Shown: positions 60,911 through 64,000 of the stretch, one piece after another
Numbering within the stretch: the first letter of the stretch is position 1
Layout of the letters: each line of letters starts with the position of its first letter
NCBI GenBank assembly: GCA_021513715.1
Contig: CP084167.1
Span: 1,792,001-1,856,000 of the forward strand
Source: Candidatus Heimdallarchaeum endolithica
GTDB lineage: Archaea > Asgardarchaeota > Heimdallarchaeia > Heimdallarchaeales > Heimdallarchaeaceae
Length of the DNA: 64,000 nt
Reading direction: 5' to 3'
Notes under the pieces: generated by a model
The model's input: only the letters and a program-made list of their open reading frames with translations
The model's database searches: none
Told to the model about the DNA's origin: nothing
Position numbers and translations under genes: made by a program

Positions 60911-61438
60911 TCAGAATTCTTCTAGTTCTTTTAATGCAAGTTCAAGATCAGATAAATATTCTTCTTGAACAGATTCAACTCTAGGAGTTGGTTCAGGAGT
61001 AGAAACTTGTGCAGGTGTGCTAACAGGTTCCCTTGCTTCTATGGGTTTTGTTTCAACATCCAATATTGCTCTGATATTTTCTGATTGTATTTTCATAGTT
61101 CTTCTAACTAAACCTAGTTGAATACCAGCATCTGTAATAAGGCAGAGGACAGAACTACCACAACTAGCAACTAAAATAAATCCATCTTCAAATTCAGAGA
61201 TAATAATATCTAATTTCTCTAAACCAACATTTGTTCCTTGTTGTTCTGAAGCTAAATATACTGCGCTTGCTATTGCTCCTAGAGCTTCTGTTTCAAACTC
61301 ATCGAAAGCAAATCTTGAAGAATATGCTAGTGTTAACCCTGTTTTATCTGCTAAAATAACATGATTTATTAAAGGATCACTTGTAATAATTTCATGGAGA
61401 ATACTGTTTATTTTATCTACACCGATAATTCTTATCAC
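60911..61438 (-). CDS. Roadblock/LC7 (MglB/LAMTOR-like) protein with Pro/Thr linker and C-terminal helix
   Basis: VILADKTGL, ALGAIAS, SEFEDG, LGLVR. Confidence 0.88.
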   Translation of the reverse strand: MIRIIGVDKINSILHEIITSDPLINHVILADKTGLTLAYSSRFAFDEFETEALGAIASAVYLASEQQGTNVGLEKLDIIISEFEDGFILVASCGSSVLCLITDAGIQLGLVRRTMKIQSENIRAILDVETKPIEAREPVSTPAQVSTPEPTPRVESVQEEYLSDLELALKELEEF

Positions 61439-61611
61439 CTTTACTAATTAATCATAAGTTATTATGTACTATTAATAATTAGTTATATAAGCGTTAGTCT
61501 CAGAAGAATAAAAGTTTTACCAAAATAACGAGAAAACTAGACATAAATTTAAAAAAAGCTCATTTAATATCCTAGAGCAAGATTTTTATTAGATTTGCAA
61601 TTTTATAACAT

Positions 61612-62295
61612 ATGAAAAAATTAGAATATCCAATTATCATTTTAAATTTTAAAAATTACAGCGAAGCAACTGGTGAAAAAGCATTAAGACTTGCAATAAT
61701 TGCAGAAGAAGTTTCAAAAAACAAAAAAGTAAACATCGCTATTTGTCCTCAAACTGTAGATATCAGAATGATTTCACAAGAAGTTGACTTACCTATTTTA
61801 GCTCAGCACATAGATTCTAACGATTCTGGTAGTCACACTGGAAATAATCTAGTTGATGCTATTATCGAAGCTGGGGCAATAGGAACACTAGTTAACCACT
61901 CTGAACGTCAACTGAAAATTTCAGAAATAGAAAGAATTATCGAAAAATCGAAAGAAAAAGGGTTCTTAACTTGCGTTTGCGCAAATAATATTCAAACTAG
62001 TAAAGCAGTAGCAGCACTAGACCCAGCTATGGTTGCAATGGAACCTCCAGAGTTAATTGGAGGAAATGTTTCAGTGACTACAAAACCAGATTTAGTTAGA
62101 AAAACTGTTGAATCGATAAAACAGATTAATCCAAATGTAATTCCATTAGTCGGTGCAGGAGTAAAAACAAAGGAAGATGTGGAGAAAGCAATAAAATTAG
62201 GAGCTAAAGGCGTACTACTCGCGTCTGGTTTCGTCAAGTCTAAAGATCCAAAACAAGCTCTTGAAGAAATGGCAGATGGAATTCTAAATTCTTAA
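61612..62295 (+). CDS. tpiA: Triosephosphate isomerase (archaeal type)
   Basis: NFK, NHSE, EPPELIG, GAG, LLASG. Confidence 0.96.
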   Translation: MKKLEYPIIILNFKNYSEATGEKALRLAIIAEEVSKNKKVNIAICPQTVDIRMISQEVDLPILAQHIDSNDSGSHTGNNLVDAIIEAGAIGTLVNHSERQLKISEIERIIEKSKEKGFLTCVCANNIQTSKAVAALDPAMVAMEPPELIGGNVSVTTKPDLVRKTVESIKQINPNVIPLVGAGVKTKEDVEKAIKLGAKGVLLASGFVKSKDPKQALEEMADGILNS

Positions 62296-62323
62296 AATAA
62301 ATAATAGAGAGAGAAAATTCTTT

Positions 62324-62788
62324 TTAGTTTCTTTTCCACATTAGTTTTCCATTTTGCTCAATCTTACCTAATAGTCCTGCTTTCTCCATCTCAGAAAGTG
62401 TTTTTGCGAATTCTTCTTTTGACAATGGTTGTTCTCCTTTTTTCATTCTAGAGAAGACACATGCTGTATATAGAGCATCTTCGTACATAAATTTACTAGA
62501 GGAAAATGATTCTAATATTAAATTCATATTTGGAATTTTATGCTCTTTGACAACTGTTTCTACTTTTTGTACAGTTGGCATGGTTTCACGGATTTTTGAA
62601 CTAAAAATATCTGTTAGTAAATCAGGAAGAGATTTTCCTGTTATAGTTTTTGAAAATCCATACAATTCAGCAAGACCTGACACTGCATGGAGAATAAATT
62701 GCTCTACAGATGAGAATTTACCTTCTTCGACTTTCTTTTCCATAAAACTATACAGTTCATCTGGTATGTTCAAATTAAATTGTTTCAA
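62324..62788 (-). CDS. Ribbon-helix-helix protein with possible C-terminal winged helix
   Basis: FNLNIPDELY...VEEGKFSSVEQFI..A. Confidence 0.7.
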   Translation of the reverse strand: MKQFNLNIPDELYSFMEKKVEEGKFSSVEQFILHAVSGLAELYGFSKTITGKSLPDLLTDIFSSKIRETMPTVQKVETVVKEHKIPNMNLILESFSSSKFMYEDALYTACVFSRMKKGEQPLSKEEFAKTLSEMEKAGLLGKIEQNGKLMWKRN

Positions 62789-62950
62789 TGTAATTACCTC
62801 AATAAATTACTAGAATCTTATATTAAAAACTCTTTCGAGAACTGTATGTTTTTTGGAATAACGGTTTTTTGATTTAAAAAAAAGACAATTATTTTTATTT
62901 TTTAACAAATTTTCCTTATATTTTGGTAAAAACAAAAAAAGAGTATTTAG

Positions 62951-63015
62951 TGGCATCATTCGGCTATCTTCTATCATTCATGGAGTCTACGCCGTCTCAT
63001 TTCATTCATTTGCCA
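62951..63015 (-). ncRNA. Box C/D-like guide sRNA candidate
   Basis: Terminal stem TGGCA/TGCCA; ATGAATGA...ATGA, ATGATAGA...ATGA; upstream AAAAGTTTATTAA promoter-like motif. Confidence 0.5.
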
Positions 63016-63080
63016 ATAAAAAACAAATTTTTAAATTAATAAACTTTTATAAAACATACAAAGAGGAAAGAATAGATATT

Positions 63081-63248
63081 TTAACTAAATTTACGACCAC
63101 GTTTATACTGTGTGAAACCACATTTTCCACAAGTCCACCTATCCTTGTGTTCAGCCATATATGTAGCTCCACCGCATCTTTCACAAACTTTCTTTACTCT
63201 TACTATTTTGTCTCCTTCAATCTTATAATATTTATGAGCTTGAGTCAT
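63081..63248 (-). CDS. rps27ae: 30S ribosomal protein S27ae (eS31)
   Basis: MTQAHKYY...CERCG..YMAEHKDRWTCGKCG; not in the ORF track. Confidence 0.95.
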   Translation of the reverse strand: MTQAHKYYKIEGDKIVRVKKVCERCGGATYMAEHKDRWTCGKCGFTQYKRGRKFS

Positions 63249-63258
63249 CTTTTCTCAC

Positions 63259-63558
63259 CTATTCTTCTTTTTCATCTTTAATTATACCAGAACGCTTTAG
63301 TAAATGAGGACGCTCAACTTTTAGAGCTCGGTCTACAGAATCGTAAACATGAAATAAAGCATCAGATTGCCCAATACCATATTGGGCGTCCATTTTTATG
63401 AGAACCACTTGATTTCTTTCCTTATTTAGTAAAGCAGCAAGTTTTGATAATACGGCATCTCTTGAAGGTAATGCTTCGCCATAATGCTTAATTAATGTAT
63501 AAACTTCTGTACGTTCTAGCAATTTATTGTCAATTTGTTTTTGTATTTCAATCTCCAT
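63259..63558 (-). CDS. rps24e: 30S ribosomal protein S24e
   Basis: NKLLERTE, PSR, YG.G, VYDS, E..HLLKR. Confidence 0.95.
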   Translation of the reverse strand: MEIEIQKQIDNKLLERTEVYTLIKHYGEALPSRDAVLSKLAALLNKERNQVVLIKMDAQYGIGQSDALFHVYDSVDRALKVERPHLLKRSGIIKDEKEE

Positions 63559-64000
63559 TTTTTTTCACCAGATATTTTTCTACTAATTTTTTTACAAATT
63601 GTTTTCTTTCCTCAGTAACTGATACAACTACTAGTCCTTCTTTTGGTTGTCCATATAAGACTTTTGAATTCGTACTTACTTCAAATACCACTGGTAATAC
63701 TAGTAAGTCTTCCTCTCCATTTATTTTTATAATAGTTTTGATTGAATCTATCTTTAATGCTTCACGGATTTTTTGACAAGCACTGATGGTTATTTTTCCA
63801 GGGGGGTTAATAGCATCAACAATTTGATAATTGTTAAGTTCAATGATAGAAGTTTCCTTTCTTTCTATTTGACCATCAATTATGATTAGACGAGGATAGA
63901 TCTCATTTTCTAATAATTTTTTTGTTGTTGCATCCCCTACACTTATTATCTTACTCTCGAGACTATTGTCTTTTATAAAATCAAAAAAAGACTTTATTTC
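63548..64000 (-). CDS. GTP-dependent dephospho-CoA kinase (DUF359), 3' part
   Basis: VGDATT, NPPG.I, GEEDLL.LP, YGQP.EG; upstream of rps24e; truncated by window end. Confidence 0.9.
   Translation of the reverse strand, partial: EIKSFFDFIKDNSLESKIISVGDATTKKLLENEIYPRLIIIDGQIERKETSIIELNNYQIVDAINPPGKITISACQKIREALKIDSIKTIIKINGEEDLLVLPVVFEVSTNSKVLYGQPKEGLVVVSVTEERKQFVKKLVEKYLVKKNGD

Overview
This is a strongly AT-rich archaeal chromosome segment. Its gene content (Rab-like GTPase, Roadblock protein, UEV/Vps23-like ESCRT-I protein, RING-fused Dna2, PCI-like and WD40 proteins among archaeal informational genes) points to an Asgard archaeon, probably Heimdallarchaeia; the taxonomy is inferred. Most of the window is housekeeping: the exosome/SBDS/Brix/Pcc1 cluster, RFC-L, ABCE1, IleRS, aIF2-gamma, RNase P proteins, ribosomal proteins, thiolase/DUF35, TPI, Nth and Fpg. 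Mobile-DNA traces are two inactivated IS481 copies with 17- and 15-bp target duplications, two tnpB 3' remnants, and a 372-bp non-autonomous element of a family I do not recognise (48195-48566). That element has AT/CATG junctions, sub-terminal inverted repeats and a promoter-driven structured RNA, and two further end remnants of it lie at about 25.0 and 41.5 kb. It sits exactly at one breakpoint of a precise inversion inside an amidohydrolase gene, which also carries a repeat-spacer-repeat-like scar. Other candidates are two box C/D sRNAs, a switch-like ileS leader, a circularly permuted peptide-binding protein, TrmB proteins with very long coiled-coil inserts, and a Roadblock/pseudo-KaiC/coiled-coil-wHTH operon near the Rab GTPase. 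The Roadblock protein shares a C-terminal ALKELEE(L/F) motif with a PSAP-bearing Pro-rich protein encoded near the UEV-Vps23 gene. All calls were made by eye, without database searches.
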